The notes beneath the pieces are model-generated. The model searched no databases. It was not told where the DNA came from and worked only from the letters and a program-made list of their open reading frames with translations. A stretch of 45,808 bases of DNA, from positions 1-45,808 of IMG/VR virus record IMGVR_UViG_3300045988_088177, one strand, 5' to 3'. Position numbers and translations under genes: made by a program. The DNA is from a virus. Shown here in pieces: positions 31,899 to 40,165 of the stretch (position 1 is its first letter; each line of letters opens with the position of its first letter).

Positions 31899-32547
31899 TC
31901 ATCCCCATTGTTCTGCCATAGCTTTGGCAATTCCGGTGAATGTTTTGGAGCGTTCCTTTGGACTTCGCCGCCCTTTGTTTTCCCATTCTCCCGGTCGAGC
32001 TGCCCGTCCATGCGGTGTGGCGTCTACCCATTTTCCAGTCGGCACCACGCAATCCGTCGCCATCAGCAAGGGCAGGTTTTTGAGCCATAGGCACGTCCTT
32101 TTGCACCAGGCCTCTCCGAACATAAACGGTTGGATAATCTGGGAGTAGGGGGGGGAGCCCATGAACGCTGCCGGGAACTGGATTTTCAACTGCAATTCTC
32201 GGAATGTCGGCATTCAGCATGGCCATAAATAGTGCCTTTGCCGCTTTTGCTTTTTGCATGCGTCCCTCCTGTATTTCACCGTTTATCCGCAGCCGATTGG
32301 CCCCGGCGTTGCTGAGATATGTACACGGCGGGTGTGCAATCAGCAAATCCCACCGCCCAACATCATGCGTCCGTCCATCCATGGTGGTCACTTGCCCCTC
32401 GATGGCTTCCAGGGCATCCCCCAGGATGTGCCACTCCGGGTGCCCGCCTGACGGCTCCTGGATATCGCAGGAATAGGCCTCATGCCCCCGCTCCCGGAAC
32501 GCAGTACAGACGGTCTGGGATTCCTCGCAGGCGACCAGAACTTTCAT
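31899..32547 (-). pseudogene. C5 DNA methyltransferase-like gene interrupted by a +1 frameshift in a G8/C8 homopolymer
   Basis: The N-terminal part (MKVLVACEESQ...LIAHPPCTYLS...IAVENPV) and C-terminal part (...YSQIIQPFMFGEAWCKRTCLWLKNLP...TFTGIAKAMAEQWG) lie in frames that differ by 1 nt at 32148-32155. The span is 649 nt, which is not a multiple of 3. Confidence 0.7.
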
Positions 32548-32900
32548 TTCTCGCCATCCTCCACCGGGGAGCGGAGCCAGTCGAGCCAGCAGGTCTCGCA
32601 GCGCTCGTTGCACTTTGCTCCTCCCGGAGGGCATCCGCCGTTAAGGATTTTTGCTAGTTCCTTATCCGTCATGTCTCGGATTCTGTCTCTGTTTGTTTTC
32701 GGCTTCACTTTTCTCTGAGATTCAAGCTTCCACTTTGCTTCAAGCGCATCCTGAAAGCAATTGGCCGCTTCGTGGAGGCCCGCTGCCCATACCTGGTGCA
32801 TCATTTCCATTTCCCATTCCCTGGGGTTTTTGCAGCACCCATTTTCTCCATGCTCGTGGGTTACTGGGTTTGGCGTAAGCTGTTCTACCACGTTGATCAT
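32544..32900 (-). CDS. Hypothetical protein (C-terminal DRIRDM...CWLDWL domain)
   Basis: 118 aa. The C-terminal domain is paralogous to 32897..33100. Confidence 0.55.
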   Translation of the reverse strand: MINVVEQLTPNPVTHEHGENGCCKNPREWEMEMMHQVWAAGLHEAANCFQDALEAKWKLESQRKVKPKTNRDRIRDMTDKELAKILNGGCPPGGAKCNERCETCWLDWLRSPVEDGEK

Positions 32901-33100
32901 TCCTCTGCCTCGCTTTCCAGCCAGTCGAACCAGTCATCCGTTGTGCGGAAAGTTCCGTTGCACAACTGCTCCACCGGGCATTCAAAGCAAGTGGAGCCGC
33001 AGCAGCATTGACGGATAATTTGGGCCAGCACCTCATTGGGCAGCTCCCGGATTCTGTCCGCATTTGTCCGCGTTTTCTCGGAGTTCTCAGAGTTTCTCAC
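32897..33100 (-). CDS. Hypothetical protein (NADRIREL...WFDWL domain)
   Basis: 67 aa with a GTG start. Confidence 0.5.
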   Translation of the reverse strand: MRNSENSEKTRTNADRIRELPNEVLAQIIRQCCCGSTCFECPVEQLCNGTFRTTDDWFDWLESEAEE

Positions 33101-33584
33101 AGTTTTTCATCCTTTCCGCTCTGCGCTTCTTGCTCTCCCGCTCACTTTTCATGGCCCCGATGTGGGCGCATTCCGGGGTGCAATATTTGCGCATGTTGCT
33201 GGGCAGCGGTTCGCCGCAGATGGCGCAGCGGCGCAGGGGCTTTTCTTGGGCCGCTTTGGCTGCCTTGGCCTTGTCGTGGGCGGCTTTGGCCGACTGCCGG
33301 TTGAATTCCGCCTGACATTCCAGGCTGCACAGGGTGCGCCGCCCGCTTTCCGGTGGAATGGGCTTGCCGCAGATACGGCAGATCTTTTCGGAATTCATAA
33401 CCGGCAGCTCCCGCAGGGGTGTGACCGTCACCGGAAGCACATAGGGCCGGGGTTTGGCGGCCATGTAGTCGCCGTAGTGCATCCCGTTCAGCGTCGCCAT
33501 GTACGCGTCATGGCAGGAGCGGCAGCGGCCCCGGTCGTCCAGCTCGTCCCGGGTGTGGGATGTGTGACAGATTTTGCAGTTCAT
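33087..33584 (-). CDS. Multi-zinc-finger protein
   Basis: 165 aa with several CxxC pairs (CKIC, CRSC, CRIC, CAIC). Confidence 0.6.
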   Translation of the reverse strand: MNCKICHTSHTRDELDDRGRCRSCHDAYMATLNGMHYGDYMAAKPRPYVLPVTVTPLRELPVMNSEKICRICGKPIPPESGRRTLCSLECQAEFNRQSAKAAHDKAKAAKAAQEKPLRRCAICGEPLPSNMRKYCTPECAHIGAMKSERESKKRRAERMKNCEKL

Positions 33585-33633
33585 GGGGTGTCACCTGATT
33601 CCGCTTTGATATTCATTTTGGTTCCTCCTAAAT

Positions 33634-34563
33634 TCATTTCAGCCCCAGCATTTCCCGCATTTCACCCCAGTTTTCGGCAGCGGCGGCTCTGCGGCGGCTT
33701 TTTCCGGTGACCTCTACCGGGACGCAACGTTCAAGCAGCCGGTCATATGTCCGTGCGGTTGTAATGTCGGGGGCCTTACTCAGCTCGTCCCTGGTCAGGT
33801 TCGTGGTGACGATCATCGGTACGCCCGCCACATACCGGGCGTTGACGATTTTGTACACCATCTCCTGCATATACTCGGTCTTTCGTTCGGCCCCAAGATC
33901 ATCTAAAACAAGCAGATGGTATTTGCACAGGTCGGCTATGTACTCGTCTTTGCTGGGTGCGTTCCACAGCTCGTCAGAGATTGCAGAGAAGCTAGTCATA
34001 CGCACTTTGTAGCCATTTTTTAGCAGTTCATTAGCAATGCAAGCCGCAAGGAAAGTTTTGCCTGTTCCTACAGGGCCGTAGAACAGGATTCCTGCCCCTT
34101 TCTGGTAGCTGACGTGAAAAGTATCGGCATATTTTTTCACCGCTGTAATCAGCTTTGTGGGCGTGTCAGCGTCAGCGGAATCGAATGTGCATTTCCGCAG
34201 CTCCTCGAATCCCTGGAAGCAAACGCTCCGGTTCCGGCTGATGGTCACGTCCTTCTCCCGCTCCTTGGCTTTGTCGAATTCCGTCGGGCATTGGCACCAG
34301 CAGCGGATTTTCCTTGGCACTGCCCCCTCGAATGGGAGCTGGATAACGGTTTGCCGTTTGCCGCCACAGATTTTGCAATGGAGCAGCCCGTCTTCGGCCA
34401 GATACTCGGTATCGGTTTCTGCGGCTTGCTCCGCATTGGAAGCAAGGGTATCGATCATGGCTTCCGCAAGCTCGTTCCTGGGGGTTGGCTCCGGCGTTAC
34501 CCCGTGGAGCCGCTGCATCCGCCGTTGCAGGTCCAGCAGCTCCTTTGCCTCGTCAGCGTTCAT
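33634..34563 (-). CDS. DnaC/IstB-like AAA+ helicase loader
   Basis: Walker A GILFYGPVGTGKTF and Walker B LLVLDDLG. Confidence 0.85.
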   Translation of the reverse strand: MNADEAKELLDLQRRMQRLHGVTPEPTPRNELAEAMIDTLASNAEQAAETDTEYLAEDGLLHCKICGGKRQTVIQLPFEGAVPRKIRCWCQCPTEFDKAKEREKDVTISRNRSVCFQGFEELRKCTFDSADADTPTKLITAVKKYADTFHVSYQKGAGILFYGPVGTGKTFLAACIANELLKNGYKVRMTSFSAISDELWNAPSKDEYIADLCKYHLLVLDDLGAERKTEYMQEMVYKIVNARYVAGVPMIVTTNLTRDELSKAPDITTARTYDRLLERCVPVEVTGKSRRRAAAAENWGEMREMLGLK

Positions 34564-34576
34564 CTGTGCTCACCAC

Positions 34577-35335
34577 CTAAAAATATTTCACCAGATCATC
34601 ATCCGGCTGGGTGTAGTTACCCCGGTTTCCGGAGCCGTTGTGTCCACGCCCTTCTGAGCGTTCCCACGTCCGTACAGCGGCTTTCCAGTCCCGCATGGGG
34701 TTCTTGCCCACCATCCATCCTTTCGAGGCGTAGAAGTCCACGAACGCCTCAGGATTTACCCTGTTGCCACGTTCTTGGCAATAGGCCGTTACTTCGGCAA
34801 CGGTCGGTGGAACAAAACGCTTTGCTTTCGTCTTCTTCGGCAAGGATTTTTGGTCGCTGCACTCGTCAGAGTGCCCTATACAATCCGTTAGGATTGTATT
34901 ATTAACCTCTCCTATACTATCCTTATCTAATCTATCCTTACCTGGGGCAACCATTTGGCAACCATTTGGCAACCGTCCGGCAACCATTTGACAACCATCT
35001 GTATACGAGCCATCATCCGAAATTCCCAATTTTGCAAACTCTTCACGGAAATTTGTGGGTGTATATCGGTCTTTTCGTAGTGTATTGTGCATTCTCCAAT
35101 GACGAATGACAATCACGCCGCTTTCAAATCGGATGATGAATTTCTTCACCATAAGCACCTTCAAATCATCAAGACTTGCGTGCGCCTTGAATAGGGCGTT
35201 CTGAATCTGATTGTTGAATCCGTCATCGTCAGCGCTCTGGTTCAGGTGGAAGTAGAGCGCTTGCGCAGAAGCGGAAAGCTCGATGAACTGGTCACTATCT
35301 GTGACTTTTTTGGAAAACATGCGTCGTTCAGCCAT
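34577..35335 (-). CDS. Phage replisome organiser / replication initiator
   Basis: The N-terminus MAERRMFSKKVTDSDQFIELSASAQALYFHL is typical of the replisome-organiser N-domain. The C-terminus is DnaD-like (FVDFYASKGWMVG). Contains the iterons. Confidence 0.8.
   Translation of the reverse strand: MAERRMFSKKVTDSDQFIELSASAQALYFHLNQSADDDGFNNQIQNALFKAHASLDDLKVLMVKKFIIRFESGVIVIRHWRMHNTLRKDRYTPTNFREEFAKLGISDDGSYTDGCQMVAGRLPNGCQMVAPGKDRLDKDSIGEVNNTILTDCIGHSDECSDQKSLPKKTKAKRFVPPTVAEVTAYCQERGNRVNPEAFVDFYASKGWMVGKNPMRDWKAAVRTWERSEGRGHNGSGNRGNYTQPDDDLVKYF
34947..35001. repeat. Five tandem 11-bp iterons (candidate origin of replication)
   Basis: gcaaccatttg, gcaaccatttg, gcaaccgtccg, gcaaccatttg, acaaccatctg. 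Confidence 0.8.
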
Positions 35336-35552
35336 CGTTACCGCCCTCTACCAAGGAATACCTCGCAAAGCTTGTCCGCTTCCCGTACCGGTTCTTTCCA
35401 GTGACGGTTTCGCTCTTGATGGGTATGCCCTGGGCTTTCAAGTCCCAGATTCTTGCTCCGAGCCTGTAACAGCCGTACTCGGCAACAGCCTCGGCCTGGG
35501 TAATGCTTCCATAGTCCTGCAAATGCCGCAGGATACGCTCACACTGTGTCAC
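35328..35552 (-). CDS. Winged-helix DNA-binding protein (HTH_39-like)
   Basis: ILRHLQDYGSITQAEAVAEYGCYRLGARIWDLKAQGIPI. Confidence 0.65.
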   Translation of the reverse strand: MTQCERILRHLQDYGSITQAEAVAEYGCYRLGARIWDLKAQGIPIKSETVTGKNRYGKRTSFARYSLVEGGNDG

Positions 35553-35935
35553 GGCACTACCTCCCGTATTTCAACCTGTATGTAATCCTCATCGTGGAAA
35601 TTGTGGGAAACGCTTTTCAGCCAGCGCCGGTTATCGTCCTCGATGACACGACCTTTCATTGCGTCCACGATCATCTTTCCCATGATCGCGTGATTATCGA
35701 TATCCAGCCTATCATTCCAGTAGAATGTAACGGCTACGGGCAGTTTAAAGGGCGTTTTGCGAATGTCCTGAGCGTTCATGGCTGCCAGCGTAAGCCAGTG
35801 CCAGAACTCAGCGTCTTTTTTTCGCAATGCCCAATGTTTCCCGGCATAATACGAATTCATGCCGTACTCCTTCGCCCACTTTTTCTTTTCCGCGCCAGTC
35901 TTCGGGTAGGCGATTCTGAAAACTTCTTTTGCCAC
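35549..35935 (-). CDS. rusA: RusA-family Holliday junction resolvase
   Basis: LDIDNHAIMGKMIVDAMKGRVIEDDN matches the RusA catalytic Asp pattern. GTG start after AGGAGGA. Confidence 0.75.
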   Translation of the reverse strand: MAKEVFRIAYPKTGAEKKKWAKEYGMNSYYAGKHWALRKKDAEFWHWLTLAAMNAQDIRKTPFKLPVAVTFYWNDRLDIDNHAIMGKMIVDAMKGRVIEDDNRRWLKSVSHNFHDEDYIQVEIREVVP

Positions 35936-36032
35936 GATTTTCCTCCTTTCTTTGGAGTTGCGGTTTGACCTCCCACCGCAAAGGTTGCAAGTATAGGTGT
36001 GATTTTTTCAGATAAAGATTGATTATTTGGAA

Positions 36033-36455
36033 CTAGAAAGGCAATTGCGTATCTGCATCTTCAAGCATGGCATAGTCATTCGTCTGCGCGGGATATGCCA
36101 TGTCAGGCTCACTGTGACTCTGTGCGCCGTTTTTATTGTCACCGCAGAAATACACATTGCCGACAAGAATTTCCGCCGTGCGACGCTTCTGTCCGTTCTT
36201 ATCCGTCCAATCCCGGTTCTGGAGCCGACCAGTGAGGTTAATCATGCGGCCCTTGGGGAAATGCTTCTCGACGACCTCTGCCGTTCCGCCCCAGGCCACG
36301 CAGTTGATAAAGTCAACCTCTTTCTTCCCGGTCTGCTTGTCGGCGAAATCCCGCTCACAGGCAACAGAGAAACTTGTCACAGCCTTGCCGGAATTGGTTC
36401 TCCGCAGCTCCGGGTCACGGGCGACTCTTCCCGTGATGCAAATTACATTCTGCAT
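36033..36455 (-). CDS. ssb: Single-stranded DNA-binding protein
   Basis: The OB-fold opening (NVICITGRVARDPELRRTNSGKAVTSFSVA) and acidic tail ending DTQLPF are characteristic. Confidence 0.9.
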   Translation of the reverse strand: MQNVICITGRVARDPELRRTNSGKAVTSFSVACERDFADKQTGKKEVDFINCVAWGGTAEVVEKHFPKGRMINLTGRLQNRDWTDKNGQKRRTAEILVGNVYFCGDNKNGAQSHSEPDMAYPAQTNDYAMLEDADTQLPF

Positions 36456-36606
36456 TCTGCATTACCTCCTTTTTGGTGATTCGTTTCCCATTCAGCCGGA
36501 TTGTGTGGCCGGAATTGAGAAGCGACAATTCCGTTTTCGCGTCATACCGAAAATCCATAGCAGACTGCATCAGCAGCGTTCCGTCCTGTCCGTGTACTGT
36601 GTACAT
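36415..36606 (-). CDS. Hypothetical small protein (3' end overlaps the ssb start by 41 nt)
   Basis: 63-aa ORF. Confidence 0.4.
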   Translation of the reverse strand: MYTVHGQDGTLLMQSAMDFRYDAKTELSLLNSGHTIRLNGKRITKKEVMQNAECNLHHGKSRP

Positions 36607-37421
36607 CAGGCGTTCTCCGGGGTTTCTGGTTCAATGACCTCACCGGTGTTGGAATCCACCTCGATATACTCCGTAACATCCGGGATTTCGGACATATCGG
36701 CGGCGAGTTCCGTCTTGGTGGTTCCGTCCTGGGAGACTCCACGGACAAAATCGGATTTCAGGGGAGCGTATTTCAGCACCTTTTTCAGCACGGTTTTCTT
36801 CGCCATTTCGTCAAAATTGGTCTGCCACGGGCCGTTTCCGTAGCTCTTGCTGAACTTCCGGGCGTGTTCCGTCACGTCTTCCATGCTCATGACCTGGAAG
36901 CCGTAGCCGTCGTCCTTGGTTTTGAACATGGCATAGTAGGCAATGGGCTTGCCCCGGTTGCTCTTGGCGGGAACGTGCCGCAGCTTCGGGTCAATGCCAA
37001 GCTCATACTGGAATTCGTCGTTCTCGTAGACTGTGTGTGCTTGGACGATGGACACTTCACCGGAACGGTAGGCCAGGTCAATGAGGCCTTTGTAGCCCAA
37101 CTGGAACTGACATTCCAGCCGCCCATGGTTCTTGAAGGGAATCAAGTAGGCTTGTCCAAGGGGAGTGTTGGGTTCCAAGCCCAGCTGTGCGGCGGTCATC
37201 ATGGCTCCCAAGAAGGACTGCGGTGTGCATTCTTTGAGCTTCGGGTTGGCGCTCAGAGCAGACAGGGTAATGCGGCTGAACCGCTCCGGGGTCATAACGC
37301 TGGGTAGCGCCGCCTTGATAGCAGGGGCCATCACAGTGATGTAGTCCTGAATAGACTGAGGGGCTTTCTTCTTGGCAACTGCTTGGGTAGAGGCAGCGGC
37401 GTTTTGAATCATGTTTTCCAT
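36606..37421 (-). CDS. recT: RecT-family single-strand annealing protein
   Basis: ...SFLGAMMTAAQLGLEPNTPLGQAYLIPF...GYKGLIDLA... is the typical RecT core. Confidence 0.85.
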   Translation of the reverse strand: MENMIQNAAASTQAVAKKKAPQSIQDYITVMAPAIKAALPSVMTPERFSRITLSALSANPKLKECTPQSFLGAMMTAAQLGLEPNTPLGQAYLIPFKNHGRLECQFQLGYKGLIDLAYRSGEVSIVQAHTVYENDEFQYELGIDPKLRHVPAKSNRGKPIAYYAMFKTKDDGYGFQVMSMEDVTEHARKFSKSYGNGPWQTNFDEMAKKTVLKKVLKYAPLKSDFVRGVSQDGTTKTELAADMSEIPDVTEYIEVDSNTGEVIEPETPENA

Positions 37422-38360
37422 TTACACGTTCTCCTTTTTGAATCGGAAAGTCCTGCTTTCCGAAGTTTTCAAATATTCCTCTGGGATATTCCTGTGGTCT
37501 TTCTCCCACCGTTTCCGGTCGAAGGTCTGCCGCTTGCCGCTCTTCCAGCTCACGGAGTAACCGGCGTAGCCGCCACGTTCGGCGGTGCCCATAGCTTCCA
37601 TGATTCGTGCCTGGGCGGCGGCTTTCTTCACCTCCAGGGTCTTGATTTGCTGTCCGCATTCGTCCAATATCGCCAGATCGGCGGCGCAGCCCGTCAGGTC
37701 AATTTCCGTGTCCGGCTCGCTTACCGGGAACACGGCGTTGACCGCATCAATGGTGGAATCCATGCCGTCGATTTCCGGTGGCAAGTCTTTTTGCACCATG
37801 TCCCAGAAATTTTCCTCCGCCATTTTCAGGGCGGCGATCTCGTTCTCGTCCCGCTCAATGGTGAACACATAGAATCCGATGCCCAGGACCAGAACCGCCA
37901 GATACCAGCGGTCGAGGCCGGAGACCATCAGATAGTGAACGCACTGGCAGTAGTAGGTTGCCGGGAACTCGCCGTTCTTGAACTTCGTCAGGTTCAGGGC
38001 ATTGGTGGTCTTGATTTCAAGCCCCGCCCGTTCGCCGATCACAAGCCGGTCATAATTTGCGTGTGCGTAGGGCATATCGTCCCGGAAGACGGTGTAGTTC
38101 TCCCGGCGGACCTTCTTGCCGGTGGCCTCCATAAACCTGCGTGCCACATAGTCCTCAAGGTCTGTGCCAAGCCGTACCGCCTCTTTCCCGGAAATGTCCT
38201 CCGGGACGACCTTACCGGTTTTCTCCGCCCACAGGGCGTATGGGGACTTGTGTGGGTTCAGCCCCAGAATAGCGGCGGCATCCGACCCACCGATGGTGGA
38301 GGAGCGGAGCTTCGTCCACTCTTCCTTGCTCATATTGGAGGTAGGAATTTTTCTCAGCAT
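37422..38360 (-). CDS. YqaJ-like (lambda Exo-type, PD-(D/E)xK) recombination exonuclease
   Basis: ...IGGSDAAAILGLNPHKSPYALW...GLEIKTT... motifs. ATG at 38360 is coupled (ATGA). Confidence 0.8.
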   Translation of the reverse strand: MLRKIPTSNMSKEEWTKLRSSTIGGSDAAAILGLNPHKSPYALWAEKTGKVVPEDISGKEAVRLGTDLEDYVARRFMEATGKKVRRENYTVFRDDMPYAHANYDRLVIGERAGLEIKTTNALNLTKFKNGEFPATYYCQCVHYLMVSGLDRWYLAVLVLGIGFYVFTIERDENEIAALKMAEENFWDMVQKDLPPEIDGMDSTIDAVNAVFPVSEPDTEIDLTGCAADLAILDECGQQIKTLEVKKAAAQARIMEAMGTAERGGYAGYSVSWKSGKRQTFDRKRWEKDHRNIPEEYLKTSESRTFRFKKENV

Positions 38361-38572
38361 CACTCCACCTCCGCAGCCTCGTTGAATTCCTCCATCGCCT
38401 CAATGCAGCTCAGGTGATAGAATTCATCGTGCTTCGCAATGTAAATGAGCTTGGAATCCGTGATAGGGGAGCAGCAGTGGGCGCATACCGGGAACCGAGA
38501 GAGGTAGTTGTCCCAGTCGGATTCTCTGGCATCTGCCTGCCTCCACGGCTCATAGCATTCCGGGATGTTCAT
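38360..38572 (-). CDS. Hypothetical Cys-containing protein
   Basis: 70-aa ORF. Confidence 0.5.
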   Translation of the reverse strand: MNIPECYEPWRQADARESDWDNYLSRFPVCAHCCSPITDSKLIYIAKHDEFYHLSCIEAMEEFNEAAEVE

Positions 38573-38889
38573 TTCTGTACCTCCCTTGCCACCTGGGTAA
38601 CGGCCCCAGCCATAGCCACACCAGCCGCAGCCACGGCGTAACCCATAGGCACGGCCCCGGTGCTACCCAGGATTGCCGCCGCCCCGGCGGTTGCCATCAT
38701 GCCTGTTGCAACGATGACGCTTTCCAGGCTCGGTTCCTTGCCCTGCTCCACGAAAGGGACACGATTGGCCTTACAGGCCATGGCAACGGCCTGGTCCATT
38801 TCCAGCTCGTACCGCCTGTCAGATTGCCGCTTGCTGATGCGTTCCCGCATGGCGGCGATTTCCTCCGGTGTGGCATCCTTGATGCTCAT
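38569..38889 (-). CDS. Hypothetical protein with a Gly/Ala-rich hydrophobic C-terminus
   Basis: ATG at 38889 is coupled (ATGA). Confidence 0.5.
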   Translation of the reverse strand: MSIKDATPEEIAAMRERISKRQSDRRYELEMDQAVAMACKANRVPFVEQGKEPSLESVIVATGMMATAGAAAILGSTGAVPMGYAVAAAGVAMAGAVTQVAREVQK

Positions 38890-39560
38890 TTTTTGGCCTC
38901 CTTGTAAGGCGCTAAATCTTTTGGACTGACAAATTGCCAATGAGCGTCAGGGCTGTACGAGAGTGCTTCGCAGAAGTAGTTCCCGTATTCGCTCACGCCT
39001 GCAACTTTAACAACAGTCCCAATTTTGAAGAAGTGGGGCATATCGCTGCTATTCCCGATCACCTTAAACTTCTTGCCGAACGCATTCGGGTATTTATAAG
39101 AGGAATCTTGATGCTTCTTCTCAAACAGTCGGTTCACGGCGACCTTGGACCCTTCGCCACGGTCGTAGGTGTCCTTCGGGCTGCACCGGGCATTTGCAAC
39201 CTTCACGACCTTGCTGCCCTTCATCAGCTCTGCCACGGTCAGAGGACCGCAGAAACGGATATGTACGGAGATGGGCTCACCGGGGATTTCCTTCGATTCC
39301 TTGGGCTCTTCGGCCAGGCCGGAAATCCATTTCTCACTCCAAACCCAGCCGTCGGCAATGTCGGCGAGAAGCACCCTTGCGAGTAGGAATTCATGCAATC
39401 CTTTGTCTTCCTCCATCTTGTACGACGGATTATCGGATTCAATGACATTGCGGATGGTCATAACCGTACCAAGATACTTGCACATATCGTCAACGAACCC
39501 GCAAGAGGAGGGCCGCTCACTCACAATCCGCACCTTATCTCCAACCTTATACTTTGCCAT
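38886..39560 (-). CDS. Hypothetical early protein
   Basis: 224-aa ORF with an AAGGAG RBS. Confidence 0.6.
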   Translation of the reverse strand: MAKYKVGDKVRIVSERPSSCGFVDDMCKYLGTVMTIRNVIESDNPSYKMEEDKGLHEFLLARVLLADIADGWVWSEKWISGLAEEPKESKEIPGEPISVHIRFCGPLTVAELMKGSKVVKVANARCSPKDTYDRGEGSKVAVNRLFEKKHQDSSYKYPNAFGKKFKVIGNSSDMPHFFKIGTVVKVAGVSEYGNYFCEALSYSPDAHWQFVSPKDLAPYKEAKK

Positions 39561-39661
39561 AAAAATCTCCTTTCATAGTTCCGGCTTCACACCGTATTTT
39601 TCAAAAAACCATTCTTCGTAGGCCCCAACATCGGCCATTACAAAAGCCAGGGTCAGTTTGC

Positions 39662-39934
39662 CTATGTCCCGGATTGCTGCCTGGTGGGAAAGCTCTGCCT
39701 GTATCGCTTGCAGATTCTCTCCGCCCGCATCAGGAACTCGTCCGCCTTTGGGCTTACCAGGCTCCCCGCCAGAGCGCTGCTCACGGTGGTCTTGCTGATT
39801 GAAAAGCCCTCGCTGGCAAGCTCCTGGATGAGCCAGCTGTATGTCAGCTTGTTCATCTCCACGGTCATGCGTATGAATGTTGCCTTCTGCACCCGCTCCT
39901 CGGGAGTTCGTGGCAGCGTTGCTACTTCTTCCAA
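39662..39934 (-). CDS. First early gene; HTH protein (Cro-position)
   Basis: TTG start. The HTH-like segment is LTYSWLIQELASEGFSISKTTVSSAL. The -1 frame stays open to 39573 (see findings). Confidence 0.55.
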   Translation of the reverse strand: MEEVATLPRTPEERVQKATFIRMTVEMNKLTYSWLIQELASEGFSISKTTVSSALAGSLVSPKADEFLMRAERICKRYRQSFPTRQQSGT

Positions 39935-39989
39935 CTTTCAAAACACTCCTTCCTTTCTTGGTGAATTTGAACAAAATTCAGAAAAACGG

Positions 39990-40018
39990 TTGCTTTTCCG
40001 AGTGGCGTATGCTATATT
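39990..40018 (+). promoter_or_regulatory. Candidate rightward (repressor-side) promoter
   Basis: TTGCTT, a 17-nt spacer, then TATATT. Confidence 0.45.
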
Positions 40019-40136
40019 GGTTTTGCTGAAACAAATAAACCATTCGCCACTCGCCGGAGCCGGAACCTCTGAAAAATGGGGTTCCTACCCCGAGGATTTT
40101 TGTACTCATTTTTCGTGAACTGGTGTTCATGGCTGT

Positions 40137-40165
40137 ATTATAGTTCGGCAAGTTAAGAAAGTCAA
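40137..40165 (-). promoter_or_regulatory. Consensus leftward early promoter (PR-like)
   Basis: On the minus strand: TTGACT (40165..40160), a 17-nt spacer, then TATAAT (40142..40137). Confidence 0.75.

Noticed and set aside
31810-32634. The 274-aa track ORF taken at face value as the methyltransferase.
   Set aside because: Its first 29 codons overlap the upstream gene before the RBS-supported ATG at 32547. Its last 110 codons or so are an out-of-frame read-through caused by the G8 tract that overlaps the next gene's leader and start. The conserved C-terminus is in ORF 31899-32213.
36447-36462. 7-nt tandem duplication ATGCAGA-ATGCAGA-ATG at the ssb start. Removing one unit would fuse the upstream 63-aa ORF in frame to SSB.
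   Set aside because: SSB has a normal N-terminus and a good RBS (AAGGAGG) as it stands. The duplication most simply creates two nearby ATGs in different frames. There is no evidence for a functional fusion.
37383-38417. 344-aa plus-strand ORF, together with similar ones at 18519-19526, 3488-4447, 5471-6085, 7071-7829, 14285-14815 and 43665-44567.
   Set aside because: All lie antisense to genes with clear family motifs (exonuclease, terL, tail proteins, tape measure, portal). Their translations are Pro/Arg/Gly-rich and repetitive, and none has a plausible RBS.
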